Source of the DNA: a virus
DNA length: 64,000 nt
IMG/VR virus record: IMGVR_UViG_3300009788_000005
Location: 21,759-85,758 of that record
Reading direction: 5' to 3' (one strand)
In this document: positions 31,149 to 41,146 of the stretch, piece after piece
How the letters are laid out: each line of letters begins with the position of its first letter
Numbering within the stretch: the first letter of the stretch is position 1
The notes under the pieces: generated by a model
Seen by the model: the letters and a program-made list of their open reading frames with translations, nothing else
What the model was told of the DNA's origin: nothing
The model's database searches: none
Position numbers and translations under genes: made by a program

Positions 31149-31583
31149 CTATCTTATAGTGGTTTTACGTTTCTTTTCTTCTACTGTAACACTAACATTA
31201 CCTATAGGCTTAATCCCTATTTGTTTTATACTAACATACACATCATACACAATAGTAACCACTGCACACAAATAAAGCGAATAGAGCGTAGATACTATTA
31301 AAGCTATAGCTATGTACCACCCAGAGAAAGATAGCATCACACAAGCCACGATACACCCCCCTAAAGCAGGAATACCTCCCCATATAGATACCATACATTT
31401 ATAGCAGGTTAAAAAGGGCTTAGCCCAATAGGTACCCAACCTACTCTCAAACCATAACCTAACCCCACTTAAAATAAACATCCTCCCCCTATCATCTTTA
31501 TGATTAGCGGCAATAAAAGCCCCTATAATAATAAAGGCATTAATAAACGATATCAAAATAAAACACAAAATATACTCAACCAT
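31149..31583 (-). CDS. Multi-TM membrane protein with CxxC
   Basis: Three hydrophobic segments, KPFLTCYKCMVSIW. Confidence 0.65.
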   Translation of the reverse strand: MVEYILCFILISFINAFIIIGAFIAANHKDDRGRMFILSGVRLWFESRLGTYWAKPFLTCYKCMVSIWGGIPALGGCIVACVMLSFSGWYIAIALIVSTLYSLYLCAVVTIVYDVYVSIKQIGIKPIGNVSVTVEEKKRKTTIR

Positions 31584-31593
31584 AATACACCTC

Positions 31594-33171
31594 TCACAAA
31601 TTAGTTATTGATTTCTTTATAGAAACAGGTTTATATCTGATAGGTATCTGTACTACCTTATTTGATGCACTTGATACCAATACTTGCTCATCACCCAACA
31701 CCACTACGGGAATGAGATCGTTATCATCACCTTTAACCATATACACCTCTGGGCTAGAAAAGAAATCAACTAATCTTTCCCTGGTATAATCAGTATTTGG
31801 TAACCTATGAGTATATATTCTAAACTCTTCCTCATAAGTCTTATTATATATTAATGTTCCTCCAGGAGGACTAAAACAAGACTCACACCCATAAAAATCC
31901 TGAGCTGTTATATCCATCTTAAAAAAAGATTCACAGGTACCCTCCAATATATCCCACCTACCAAACTTATTTAAGTAATAAAATACGGATCTACAATCAC
32001 AACACTCTCTCTCTTTCCTGCTTCTATAGTTAATTATGATAATCTGAAAATTTCTCCCCATATCATCACCAAAATTAACAGAAGCTATACCTTCATAGTG
32101 ATCTAATATAGTTTCTGACTGATCGGCTATACCAGTTATATTCATACACAATATACCGTCCCTGGTTAGTACAATATTCTCAACATAAATAGAAGCTCCT
32201 CCACCCTGAGAAGGAAAAGTAGTAACCTGTAAAGTCCATGTTACCGGAGTAACCGTATCTCCTGCAACATGTGCATACAATAAAAACTCTGTACCCGCAC
32301 AAAAAGTAAGCTGATCAGTATCTATTACATGTAAAAATTTTGCATCTACATTATTAAAATATGAGTGATCAAATAAAGCTACTCCAGGTGCATCCTTATC
32401 AGCACACAAAGCATTAGTAAATGAGTACGAATCATCTGATACCTCAAATATACCCACACCATTTGTATCCTCTACTGCAAACCTAAAAAACATTAAGGCT
32501 AATGTTTGATACTGTATTTCCAAAAAAGGAGGTACCAGCGTACCCAGTACAGGAATAGGACTTTTTATTACGTCCCGTATAAACTGATCTACCGGTATAC
32601 ATACCTCTAATTCAGGATCACCCGTAAATTTATCAGTAGTAAGTTTAGGTATAGCAATAATATTATCTATCAAACAAAACTCGAACCCTGATAAACTAAT
32701 ATTAATATGCAACTGTACTAATATCTTATAAGGAGATTTAACCTCAATATCTACCCCAGGAGTTAAAGACATTACAAATAAAGGCGAAGTTTCCTGAGCA
32801 TAAACTATATCAAATTCTGATCCGGGTCTATTGGCAAATATAAATATTACAGATATTATAGGAAGTATTAAATAATTAGCCGGAGTAGCAAACTGTAATG
32901 AAGATATTGCAGCAGCCGTATTATTTAAGGTAGCAGTTACACTTCCTCCTATTAAAATATCAAATACTCCTACAGGAACAGTCCTATACGTAAATTGGAC
33001 TCCATCTATAGAAAAAGTGTCTCCGTCTAAAGGTTGTACTACTAAAGCTAATTGTATTGCCCATCTTCCTCCAGGATTAACAATATAATCCGTATCCTCA
33101 AAGCATATACAAAACTTACAATGGGCAGGATATAAAGTATCCTCCTCTATAGGCAAATGTGTTAAGGACAT
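31594..33171 (-). CDS. Tail structural protein (distal-tail-like)
   Basis: 525 aa; C-terminal YLNKFGRWD...FFSSPEVY pattern; tail-module context. Confidence 0.6.
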   Translation of the reverse strand: MSLTHLPIEEDTLYPAHCKFCICFEDTDYIVNPGGRWAIQLALVVQPLDGDTFSIDGVQFTYRTVPVGVFDILIGGSVTATLNNTAAAISSLQFATPANYLILPIISVIFIFANRPGSEFDIVYAQETSPLFVMSLTPGVDIEVKSPYKILVQLHINISLSGFEFCLIDNIIAIPKLTTDKFTGDPELEVCIPVDQFIRDVIKSPIPVLGTLVPPFLEIQYQTLALMFFRFAVEDTNGVGIFEVSDDSYSFTNALCADKDAPGVALFDHSYFNNVDAKFLHVIDTDQLTFCAGTEFLLYAHVAGDTVTPVTWTLQVTTFPSQGGGASIYVENIVLTRDGILCMNITGIADQSETILDHYEGIASVNFGDDMGRNFQIIIINYRSRKERECCDCRSVFYYLNKFGRWDILEGTCESFFKMDITAQDFYGCESCFSPPGGTLIYNKTYEEEFRIYTHRLPNTDYTRERLVDFFSSPEVYMVKGDDNDLIPVVVLGDEQVLVSSASNKVVQIPIRYKPVSIKKSITNL

Positions 33172-33374
33172 ACTCCCTCAATAAATTCCTGGGTAAAAGT
33201 GAAAGTGCTATCTGCTAATAACGTTTGATCCCCCCCACCACAAGTTACTATTATATCTATCTTTAACGTAACCTCACTACCCTCTACTACTATACCATTT
33301 TGATTAACTACCCTAGCACCATTAAAAACAGTCTCAAAATCTTCAGGAGATAACGTCAATTCTTCTACAGCCAT
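33162..33374 (-). CDS. Small virion-module protein
   Basis: 70 aa ORF; TATATTTG box upstream. Confidence 0.55.
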   Translation of the reverse strand: MAVEELTLSPEDFETVFNGARVVNQNGIVVEGSEVTLKIDIIVTCGGGDQTLLADSTFTFTQEFIEGVCP

Positions 33375-33401
33375 AGCAACACAAATATAGATAATTTTTA
33401 C

Positions 33402-33860
33402 CTAATTGCCCTCAATACTTGTAAGCATCCTTAGTACCTCATCTCCTATCCCTAACCTGTCTACCTCTACATCTAATATCCGGGTTATAATTACCTCTGA
33501 TTCCCTAATTAAATTTATAGGGCGTCTCGGATTTATAGCTATAGATCGTGCTAACAAAAAATCAGGAATAGACAAACCTTTAGCTCTCTTCCACTCAGCC
33601 AAAGGCTTAACCAACTTAAACCTACCTCCCACTCTTCTTACAGGGAACTTAGTATTAGCTCTCTTGCCTCGTTGAATAAACAAATAACCCCCACCCGTAA
33701 ATACATCAAAAGTTATAATGTTTGAAGATACGGTAGTAACTACCTGTATAGAATTGAAAGTAGTTTTGGTAACTACCTTCCTATGCCTTACTAAAGGAGC
33801 CTGGAAAGCCTTCTTTATAAGTCCTGCCAAACGTATTACCCTACCTTGATCTACTGCCAT
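33402..33860 (-). CDS. Putative neck/tail-completion protein
   Basis: Basic 152 aa; RGKRA...WKRAKG...FLLARSI pattern. Confidence 0.5.
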   Translation of the reverse strand: MAVDQGRVIRLAGLIKKAFQAPLVRHRKVVTKTTFNSIQVVTTVSSNIITFDVFTGGGYLFIQRGKRANTKFPVRRVGGRFKLVKPLAEWKRAKGLSIPDFLLARSIAINPRRPINLIRESEVIITRILDVEVDRLGIGDEVLRMLTSIEGN

Positions 33861-33882
33861 AAGGTGTAAAAATTTTACAGGT

Positions 33883-34053
33883 CTATTTACTATCTCCCAA
33901 ATTTACCTTTTCAAGATACTTACTGCAAGTAACCTTAGATAAATTAGTAGTAGCTACAACTACCTCCTCCTTACCGCAAGCTACAAACCAAGTCCCCTCA
34001 CCATCTGACTCATTAGGTGAGGTATCTATTATTTTATAATGTTTAACAAACAT
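33883..34053 (-). CDS. Small hypothetical protein (56 aa, not in ORF track)
   Basis: MFVKHYK...ACG...VTCSKY...*; fills the gap between neighbours. Confidence 0.45.
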   Translation of the reverse strand: MFVKHYKIIDTSPNESDGEGTWFVACGKEEVVVATTNLSKVTCSKYLEKVNLGDSK

Positions 34054-34056
34054 ACT

Positions 34057-34650
34057 TTAATTTTTAGGTTGATTAACTGCATCCCAACTAGACCCAGGAT
34101 CTGCCGGATCAAACCTACTACAACATAACTCTGAATGTGTACCTACAAATACTATAGTCATTATCACATTTACAAGCCTATATATTCTCTTCCTATTTGT
34201 ATCATCAGAATCCTCATTAGTATCAGGATCATACTCTACTATTATAGTAGCTTCTCCCTCCTGGTTAAAATCATATATTCCTATAGGATCTCCTGGTTTC
34301 TTTTTCTTTCCCGTCAACCACTGAGCTATCTCTAGCAAGTCTATCTGAAACCCTCGGGCAGATCGTAACGCCTTCAAATAAAACTCCCCCTCAGTATTAC
34401 AATTATCCAGCTCGGGCTCAGGAAAAGCTATAGCTACTATAAGCTCAACCCGTAATATATCCTCCTCAAACCCTAGAACTGAACTTATAGCAGTTATGAC
34501 AGGAAACTTAACATCCTCATCAAAAGCTATTTTATCTATGGATTTTATAGGTATAAATTGTAACTCATTGTTTTGCAAATGACTGCTATCTATTATATCC
34601 CTAACAGCATACTCTAAAGGATCTTGTATTAACTCTATAGATTCTGTCAT
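34057..34650 (-). CDS. Putative tail terminator-like protein
   Basis: Acidic 197 aa in tail module; context only. Confidence 0.4.
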   Translation of the reverse strand: MTESIELIQDPLEYAVRDIIDSSHLQNNELQFIPIKSIDKIAFDEDVKFPVITAISSVLGFEEDILRVELIVAIAFPEPELDNCNTEGEFYLKALRSARGFQIDLLEIAQWLTGKKKKPGDPIGIYDFNQEGEATIIVEYDPDTNEDSDDTNRKRIYRLVNVIMTIVFVGTHSELCCSRFDPADPGSSWDAVNQPKN

Positions 34651-35863
34651 TACTTTTTAGTTTTGGTCCTAGCCTCTTCCTCTGCTTCTTTTCTCATTCT
34701 AATATGTTCCTTATTTACCATAGTACCGTGCTGATTCATATACCTAAGATAATTAAAAACTTTATAAGTAGGTAATGCCATTATCTTCTCTTCCGTATCT
34801 GGCGTATAACTGGCAGGTATAAGACTTTCTCTGAGTACTCCCATCCAATCCCAAACTTTATAAAAGGCTAATCTTTCGGGGCTTACCGGCTTGCCTATAT
34901 CCTCTTGTGACTCAAATACATCTAAGTATTTAGTGTCAAGAGCTTCCGTGCCTGTATAAAAAAATTTATTATAGCCTTAGCCTTATCAAGGGATAACGTC
35001 TTAAAATACTTAGCTCTAAGTCCTGCCAAGTTCTCATTATACTTTTCACCCTGAGGTACACAAATATGAGATATTAATTTATGAGCATTACCAAATATAT
35101 TCTTCTTAAACTCAGCAGCATAACCTGCAATAAGTTTAGCCCTCTCATTCTTCTCTTTCATATCAGTCATACTATCCCAATCCATCTTCTCCACCCACTC
35201 CATATACTTATCCTCGTCTATATCTTCTGCCGCCATTTTATCTTTTAAAGCCTGAGGTATAGAGGGAGATTGTTTCCTGATAAAATCAGTATTCATCCTA
35301 CTTGCGAAATCTACCTCTGCTACCGGCACCAATACAAAAAATCCTTTTTCTAATTTATTAATCTTAGACCTTATCCTCCTCCGTTTAATAATCTCCCACA
35401 CCTTAACCTTAGCTAACTCATTCTTCAATATCTCTATGTCTGGAGCCATTGATTCTGAATGATAGAAATGTATTATAGGATCTACAGCCTGAACAGAGAC
35501 TATAGAAATAGATTCCTTTAATACAAATAGATTAGGTACCGGTACTCTTCCTAAGACATCATGCTCAGATTGAGGTAAGACAAACCTTAGTTGGTTAGAT
35601 ACAATATCTATAAGCTGTAAATTCAACTCAGCTATATCTAACTCTATATTTGAACTCATTACACTCATCCCTGCACCGTCCTCAGTAACCATACTTAATT
35701 GTAACTCCAAATCATCAAACCTGGATTTAACTTCTACCTCATCAGGTAGCAAAGATGTAAACCCCTGGAAACCTCCTAAAGTTAAATCGCAATCTTCTGT
35801 AGGTATATTAAGATACTCAGACCCGGCAGATGTTTCTATAGTTAATTTCTCCATATCACTCAT
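34650..35863 (-). CDS. Tail assembly chaperone pair G/GT joined by a -1 frameshift (short form 34922-35863)
   Basis: A-AAT-TTT-TTT at 34958-34967; the -1 frame is open and in frame with ORF 34650-34844. Confidence 0.7.
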
Positions 35864-36749
35864 TTACTAATTTTGCCTTCAACTTAAGTTCCAACCCTAT
35901 TAGTCTCTTTGCCTCATCTAATGTAAACCTCCTATTTTCTCCTAAATACTTTAGAGATTGTAAAGCCTCATCTATCTCACAAATATTTAACCAAATTTCC
36001 TCCCCCCTATCCTCCAAATATTCTAAGGCATCGTTAACCGTAAGATGTGATAGACTATGTTCCTCAGGTTTCCTCTTCCACTCTTCTATAACCTTTAATA
36101 ACTCCTCCCCTACATTCTCATGATAATCTACAGGTATTTTAGATACAGCCCTCAATAAGGTGTAAGTACCTATACAATTATTTAACATTACCTTCTCATC
36201 ATTTTTCGTATGAGATAATTTATCTAGTAACTTATTTATCTGTAGGTATGTATTTTTTATAGGGTTACGTATACCTTTATACTGAAGGTTATCAGTAAGT
36301 ATACCCTCTATTGTCTCATACCCTCCCTGAAACAATAATAACCCAGATATCATATTTTCCATAGCTAATAAATATCCTTTAGTCCTTTGATCCGGCATAG
36401 TAATAGATGCCCTACCATACTTAAGTAAATGATTATTCAAAATCTCAAATAAGAATAATTGCATATAACCATATACCTGACACTTATTAGTTAGATTAAA
36501 AAAATTAAAGCCCATAGACATAACATACTGTATACTATTCAAACTACTAGTACCTTTATCAGATATAATTTTAGTAATAGTTATTTCCCAATCCCACCCC
36601 TCTTTCTTACCCTCAACATTTCTAACCTCAACATTCTTAAGCCCATCGGCTACATAATGATGTAATTCAAATGTTGTACTAGTTATTTTACTAATAAGTT
36701 TACTTTTATCTACTGTCCTATTACCTGTCTTTATAAGTTTCTTACTCAT
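35856..36749 (-). CDS. Hypothetical protein
   Basis: 297 aa ORF. Confidence 0.65.
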   Translation of the reverse strand: MSKKLIKTGNRTVDKSKLISKITSTTFELHHYVADGLKNVEVRNVEGKKEGWDWEITITKIISDKGTSSLNSIQYVMSMGFNFFNLTNKCQVYGYMQLFLFEILNNHLLKYGRASITMPDQRTKGYLLAMENMISGLLLFQGGYETIEGILTDNLQYKGIRNPIKNTYLQINKLLDKLSHTKNDEKVMLNNCIGTYTLLRAVSKIPVDYHENVGEELLKVIEEWKRKPEEHSLSHLTVNDALEYLEDRGEEIWLNICEIDEALQSLKYLGENRRFTLDEAKRLIGLELKLKAKLVNE

Positions 36750-36762
36750 ATCTGTAAAATTT

Positions 36763-37413
36763 TTACACCTTATTAATACGCTTATCCCTATAAACTCTCA
36801 TAGTACCTATAGCTAATTCATGTACTGCATTATTTCTTAAATCCGAGCTATGCCCTGGTACGTGACATACATTTATCAAATAATGCTTATCTGTTTTTTT
36901 AATCTCCCATACCTTATTCCACAGCTCTTTATGCTCTATCACCCCCCCATCAGATTTCTCCCAATCCTTAAAATACCATGACACCAAATAAGAATTATAG
37001 GCATTAACTACATATAAAGAATCACACATTATTCTTAGCATAGTATTAGGCTTATACCTTTTATGCCAACATAATACCCTATATAATCCTAATGCTTCTG
37101 TCTTACCTGTTTTCCACCCCTCCAAAGCCTCAGCCTCCTCATATATACATTCCCTTCCTTGACCTATATAAACCCTAAGCCCATAAGCCCCAAATATTCT
37201 TCCTTCATGCTCCTCATAATTACTATTTAATATGTGGCTACTACCATCTGTATAAGCAACACATATTACAGGAGTAGCCGGTTTCTCCTTAAACCTAATT
37301 GCCGGATGTACTATCCTTTTAGGTAAGGGTATATCCCCAGGAAAATCTACATCCTCTTCTCTCCTGGGTCTATCAGGATCTACCCACAACTTTTTAGTAT
37401 CTCCTTCATTCAT
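36763..37413 (-). CDS. rnhA: Ribonuclease HI
   Basis: YTDGS, E, CDSLYV, HKELW, HVPGH..NNAVHELA. Confidence 0.85.
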   Translation of the reverse strand: MNEGDTKKLWVDPDRPRREEDVDFPGDIPLPKRIVHPAIRFKEKPATPVICVAYTDGSSHILNSNYEEHEGRIFGAYGLRVYIGQGRECIYEEAEALEGWKTGKTEALGLYRVLCWHKRYKPNTMLRIMCDSLYVVNAYNSYLVSWYFKDWEKSDGGVIEHKELWNKVWEIKKTDKHYLINVCHVPGHSSDLRNNAVHELAIGTMRVYRDKRINKV

Positions 37414-37684
37414 TAGATTCTGAATTTTTTAGTACTTCCTGTAATGTAGGATTTATAAATTCAGTAGATAATTTAGTAGGGTATATAGATTCCCCGTATG
37501 TTATGGTAGCTACATATATCTTCCCCGTAAACAAAAACTTAATCCTCTTCCAAAGCCCCATACTCCAACATATAACTACCCCTTTTTCTATTGTAGCGAT
37601 ATCTTTAAAAGCGGGTACAGGTTTCATACCTACTTTACCCGCACCATATACCGTATTTTGCTGCTTAAATTTTATCGGTTTCAT
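37406..37684 (-). CDS. Conserved-looking small phage protein
   Basis: MKPIKF...VICW...FLFTGKIY. Confidence 0.65.
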   Translation of the reverse strand: MKPIKFKQQNTVYGAGKVGMKPVPAFKDIATIEKGVVICWSMGLWKRIKFLFTGKIYVATITYGESIYPTKLSTEFINPTLQEVLKNSESNE

Positions 37685-37758
37685 GTTAATAATTTTACAC
37701 CCTAAAAATACAAAAAATGTACCGAGCTACAATATCACCATAACCGATAAATAAAATA

Positions 37759-38436
37759 CTAACCATTAACAAATATCTTTCCTACACTACTTACATAAAC
37801 CTCCTTAAATACAGGAATAGAATATATCAAATTAAAATATAACTTCTTCCTAAAACACTGCTCATAAGTATCTGACATTATACGTCCTATATCCCCGTAT
37901 TCTTTTTGTCGTATCCCTACCCATATAGCAGCCTGTATATCCCTTGGATAAGCATCTATGCATATACAATAATTACGTATGCTGTATTCTATCTCAGAGT
38001 ATTGTTTATCTGACACCGAAAAATATTCTTTACCCTTATAAATTCGAGGTTTTAATCCAAAAGCTTTAGCAATCCACATATCTACTACTACAGCCTGCTC
38101 ATCTCCAAACATAGCCCTCCTAAAAGATTCTATTTTTCTACCTCCTAACTCTTCAAAATTAACCGCTCTTACTACCTGAGGTACCATAGCAGGTAAGAAA
38201 TCAGGATCATCATTTTCCCCTAAAATATTTACCCCCTCCTGAATCCTCCTTAGTACTTTCAAAGTTAATGTTACATTGCTTTGTATAGTTGATCTCTGAC
38301 TAGTAGCGGCTAACAACCAAATAACTATTACCCAATCATCCCCAAATAATTTCTTAATAAATTTCAAATTAGATTCATACCAACTTTTATGGTTAGACCC
38401 TAATTTAATATACTCCTTTATATCTCGCGTAATCAT
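37759..38436 (-). CDS. Putative HhH-glycosylase-fold protein
   Basis: WY, AATSQR, GGRKIESF, VVVDMW, QAAIW motif series. Confidence 0.45.
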   Translation of the reverse strand: MITRDIKEYIKLGSNHKSWYESNLKFIKKLFGDDWVIVIWLLAATSQRSTIQSNVTLTLKVLRRIQEGVNILGENDDPDFLPAMVPQVVRAVNFEELGGRKIESFRRAMFGDEQAVVVDMWIAKAFGLKPRIYKGKEYFSVSDKQYSEIEYSIRNYCICIDAYPRDIQAAIWVGIRQKEYGDIGRIMSDTYEQCFRKKLYFNLIYSIPVFKEVYVSSVGKIFVNG

Positions 38437-38447
38437 TTGTAAAAATT

Positions 38448-39141
38448 TTACACATAGTAAGTAAATAATTTCTCTAGCCTATGATCATAATTTTCACCTT
38501 TTTTATTTATAGTGGTTTGATGATTTATTTCTCTAACACACTCAAAATCTTCAGGAGCATTATACTCAGATACATAAACTCTATGCCCTTCCTTAGCTCT
38601 TTCCCTACACCATACCCAAAAAGATTTATGATCAAAAGGATATGCATAACCTAAAACACCCTCATAGGGTTTATCACAATAAATAATACTATTAGAGGGT
38701 ATGACCAACCCTCTATAATCTCCCGCATAAAATTGTACTCCTTCTAAATTGTTTGCTTGTCTTAATAAATTATCTCTACCCTCCCTGGAATAATTTCTAC
38801 GATCATCCTTAGCATAACCTCCCCACCACTTACCCCCGAAGGAGCATAAAAAAACCTACAAATCCTACTAGATGATTAAGGTAATTACCCTTATTACTTT
38901 TAATAGAGTAGTACTCCCCTCTAGAAACATCTGTAGGGGGTACCCAACCATCTCTAACAGCTATAAGTAAAGCTATAAGGTACATATGATTATCATTACC
39001 TATCCTATTCCCCGTAACCTTATCGATCATATTAGCACCTCCTACAAAAGGCTCTACATAATATTGATTGTGTCTACGACCTAATAAAATTATCCGTAAT
39101 AACTCTTTAGCTAATCTGTTCTTACTCCCTACGTACTTCAT
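38448..39141 (-). pseudogene. Dam-like (D12 class) adenine methyltransferase split by one extra T in a T7 run
   Basis: MKYVGSK...YVEPFVGGAN in 38830-39141; removing one T at 38848-38854 gives GFLCSFGGKWWGGY...IIYCDKPY continuous to stop 38448. Confidence 0.8.
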
Positions 39142-39368
39142 ATATCTGTAAAATTTTTACACATCTCTTCAATTTCTCCCCACTCTCTCAACTCTTCCGA
39201 AAATATTTCCCCTGCCTGTTGTAGGGTTATTAACCCCTCATCAAAAGCCCTCTTAAAATCCTCCTCACTCAATTCATCATCCTCTTTACGTGCATAGTAA
39301 CAGCACTCCTTAGCAGCATCTTTAATAGATGCTATAACTAATTCTAATAAATCATAATCAGATCTCAT
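39138..39368 (-). CDS. Small acidic hypothetical protein
   Basis: 76 aa; one palindrome upstream and one in its last codons. Confidence 0.55.
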   Translation of the reverse strand: MRSDYDLLELVIASIKDAAKECCYYARKEDDELSEEDFKRAFDEGLITLQQAGEIFSEELREWGEIEEMCKNFTDI

Positions 39369-39484
39369 ACCTACTTGTAAAATTTTTACACATCCTTATT
39401 AATCTCAATGTACACATAAACAACCCCTCCAACAAGACTAATGCCGGCCCAGGCATGTTACCAGAATAAGAAGTTACAAAGTAT

Positions 39485-40363
39485 TTACCGTAATGGTTTA
39501 GATCTAACCCCTACTAGATAAGACTCTACTAACTGTAACTCATTACATTCCTGGTAAGCATAGCAATCTCTATCATGATGCCAAATAAGATTTACACCTT
39601 CTTTAATAGATTTTATATACTTAACCTCTGAATCAGTATACCTAGTTAAAGTAAATACCTGATTCATTTTAATAAATCCATACTGTAGTAACAGGGTCCT
39701 GAAGTAACTACCAGACATAATACTAAGTCCAAACCACTCTCCTACTTTTCGGGCTGATAAAGGTCTTTGCTTGATTGCTCCAGTTTTAGCAGTCTTTCCC
39801 TTTATCCTATCCTTATAGGATTGTACTTTATAACTATAGATTAGTCTAGCATATACACAACCCGCTTTAAGAGTCGTTACAGAAGTTAATAAGCATGGAT
39901 TTAGTTTAGCCGTTTGTATCCTGGTTCTATCTTTACCTCCGCATAACTTACTTATCTTCTTCCATCCTCTTACAAACCCCTCAGTAATCCACCCCATCCT
40001 AATCAACTTTTTTAAATGACTATTAGCAGTTTGCCTGGTATATGATAAACTATCTGATAACTCTGTAGTAGTTACTTCATACCTCCCATCCCCCGCTACA
40101 GTACAGTAGTATTTTAAATACAGAAAGGTCCTCAGTAGTGATACCTGCCCTGATCCTATTATATAGGTAATAACCGGCAGAGGGATATTAATAGTATGAC
40201 TTAACCCGAACTTATTAGACTTAGTAATAGCCTCCTTTACGGGTAAAGGGATACACTCAGTAACTACAGTTTCAAAGTTAGATATCATACTCTCAAGGGA
40301 CCTAGCAAAGGTATCATACAGAGTATGAATTACAAACACTCCAAAACCAGTAAGGAGAGACAA
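39485..40363 (-). CDS. Winged-HTH DNA-binding protein (replication-initiator-like); start probably ATG 40288
   Basis: TTTELSDSLSYTRQTANSHLKKLIRMGWI and a second HTH-like LSARKVGEWFGLS. Confidence 0.6.
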   Translation of the reverse strand: MSLLTGFGVFVIHTLYDTFARSLESMISNFETVVTECIPLPVKEAITKSNKFGLSHTINIPLPVITYIIGSGQVSLLRTFLYLKYYCTVAGDGRYEVTTTELSDSLSYTRQTANSHLKKLIRMGWITEGFVRGWKKISKLCGGKDRTRIQTAKLNPCLLTSVTTLKAGCVYARLIYSYKVQSYKDRIKGKTAKTGAIKQRPLSARKVGEWFGLSIMSGSYFRTLLLQYGFIKMNQVFTLTRYTDSEVKYIKSIKEGVNLIWHHDRDCYAYQECNELQLVESYLVGVRSKPLR

Positions 40364-40475
40364 CTAAGAGTATGGCTATTAAGCTCTCTTGTGTCTCTCC
40401 TTACATTATCTAAGAGTAAACGATACCTACATATCACCCCACCTTTTCAGGCTCTTAGACGATACAAAAATAATA

Positions 40476-41135
40476 TTACTCCTCCTCTTCCTGTACTACT
40501 TGTATTGATCCGTTATCTTCTTTAACCTTTACCTCAAATCTGCCTGCTTCAGGATGTAGTATCTTGGAGTATATAGGTATTCTTTCGTCCCCGGTAACCA
40601 AATTATAAATAAACATATCATCCCTAGTATTAGGATTTTTTAATATAAGATCTCTCAAAATCTTATCTACGTTAACTTTAGTATAAGACATAACATGATC
40701 AAAGGCCATAGTTTGCTTAGGAAAGAATCCTATTTTCTGGCCTGGAGGGGTAGATATAAAATATATCTGAGTAGGATTATTAGCCTGCCCCCTACATATC
40801 GCCCATTGAGCCGTTATATCTAAATCCTTAGTATTGGTCTTAATTCCGAACATAGCCTGGGTAAAACTATTCCCTTGATTCATTAAAGATATAGACCTAG
40901 AGAACTGATTACACATCTGAGTTAACTGACCTTTTTCAGTATTAAACTTAGCCCATACATTCACAAACTCTTTCCCTAACCCTCCTTCCTCTATAGACAT
41001 ATTTTTATTTTTAAGATCCTTCTCCCTCTCCTCATATTTCTTATATACCTTAGTTACATTATCAGATAGCTCTACAAGTATCTGTAGTCTATCCTTATGA
41101 TTGTCTGGCTTTAATTTGTACTCAAGTGTTACCAT
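40476..41135 (-). CDS. Hypothetical protein
   Basis: 219 aa ORF. Confidence 0.65.
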   Translation of the reverse strand: MVTLEYKLKPDNHKDRLQILVELSDNVTKVYKKYEEREKDLKNKNMSIEEGGLGKEFVNVWAKFNTEKGQLTQMCNQFSRSISLMNQGNSFTQAMFGIKTNTKDLDITAQWAICRGQANNPTQIYFISTPPGQKIGFFPKQTMAFDHVMSYTKVNVDKILRDLILKNPNTRDDMFIYNLVTGDERIPIYSKILHPEAGRFEVKVKEDNGSIQVVQEEEE

Positions 41136-41146
41136 GTTTTTATCAA

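Noticed and set aside
37684-37700. Degenerate palindrome copies (37684 TGTTAATAATTTTACAC, about 14706, about 28935, about 44988)
   Set aside because: Two or more mismatches or altered spacing in AT-rich DNA; not counted
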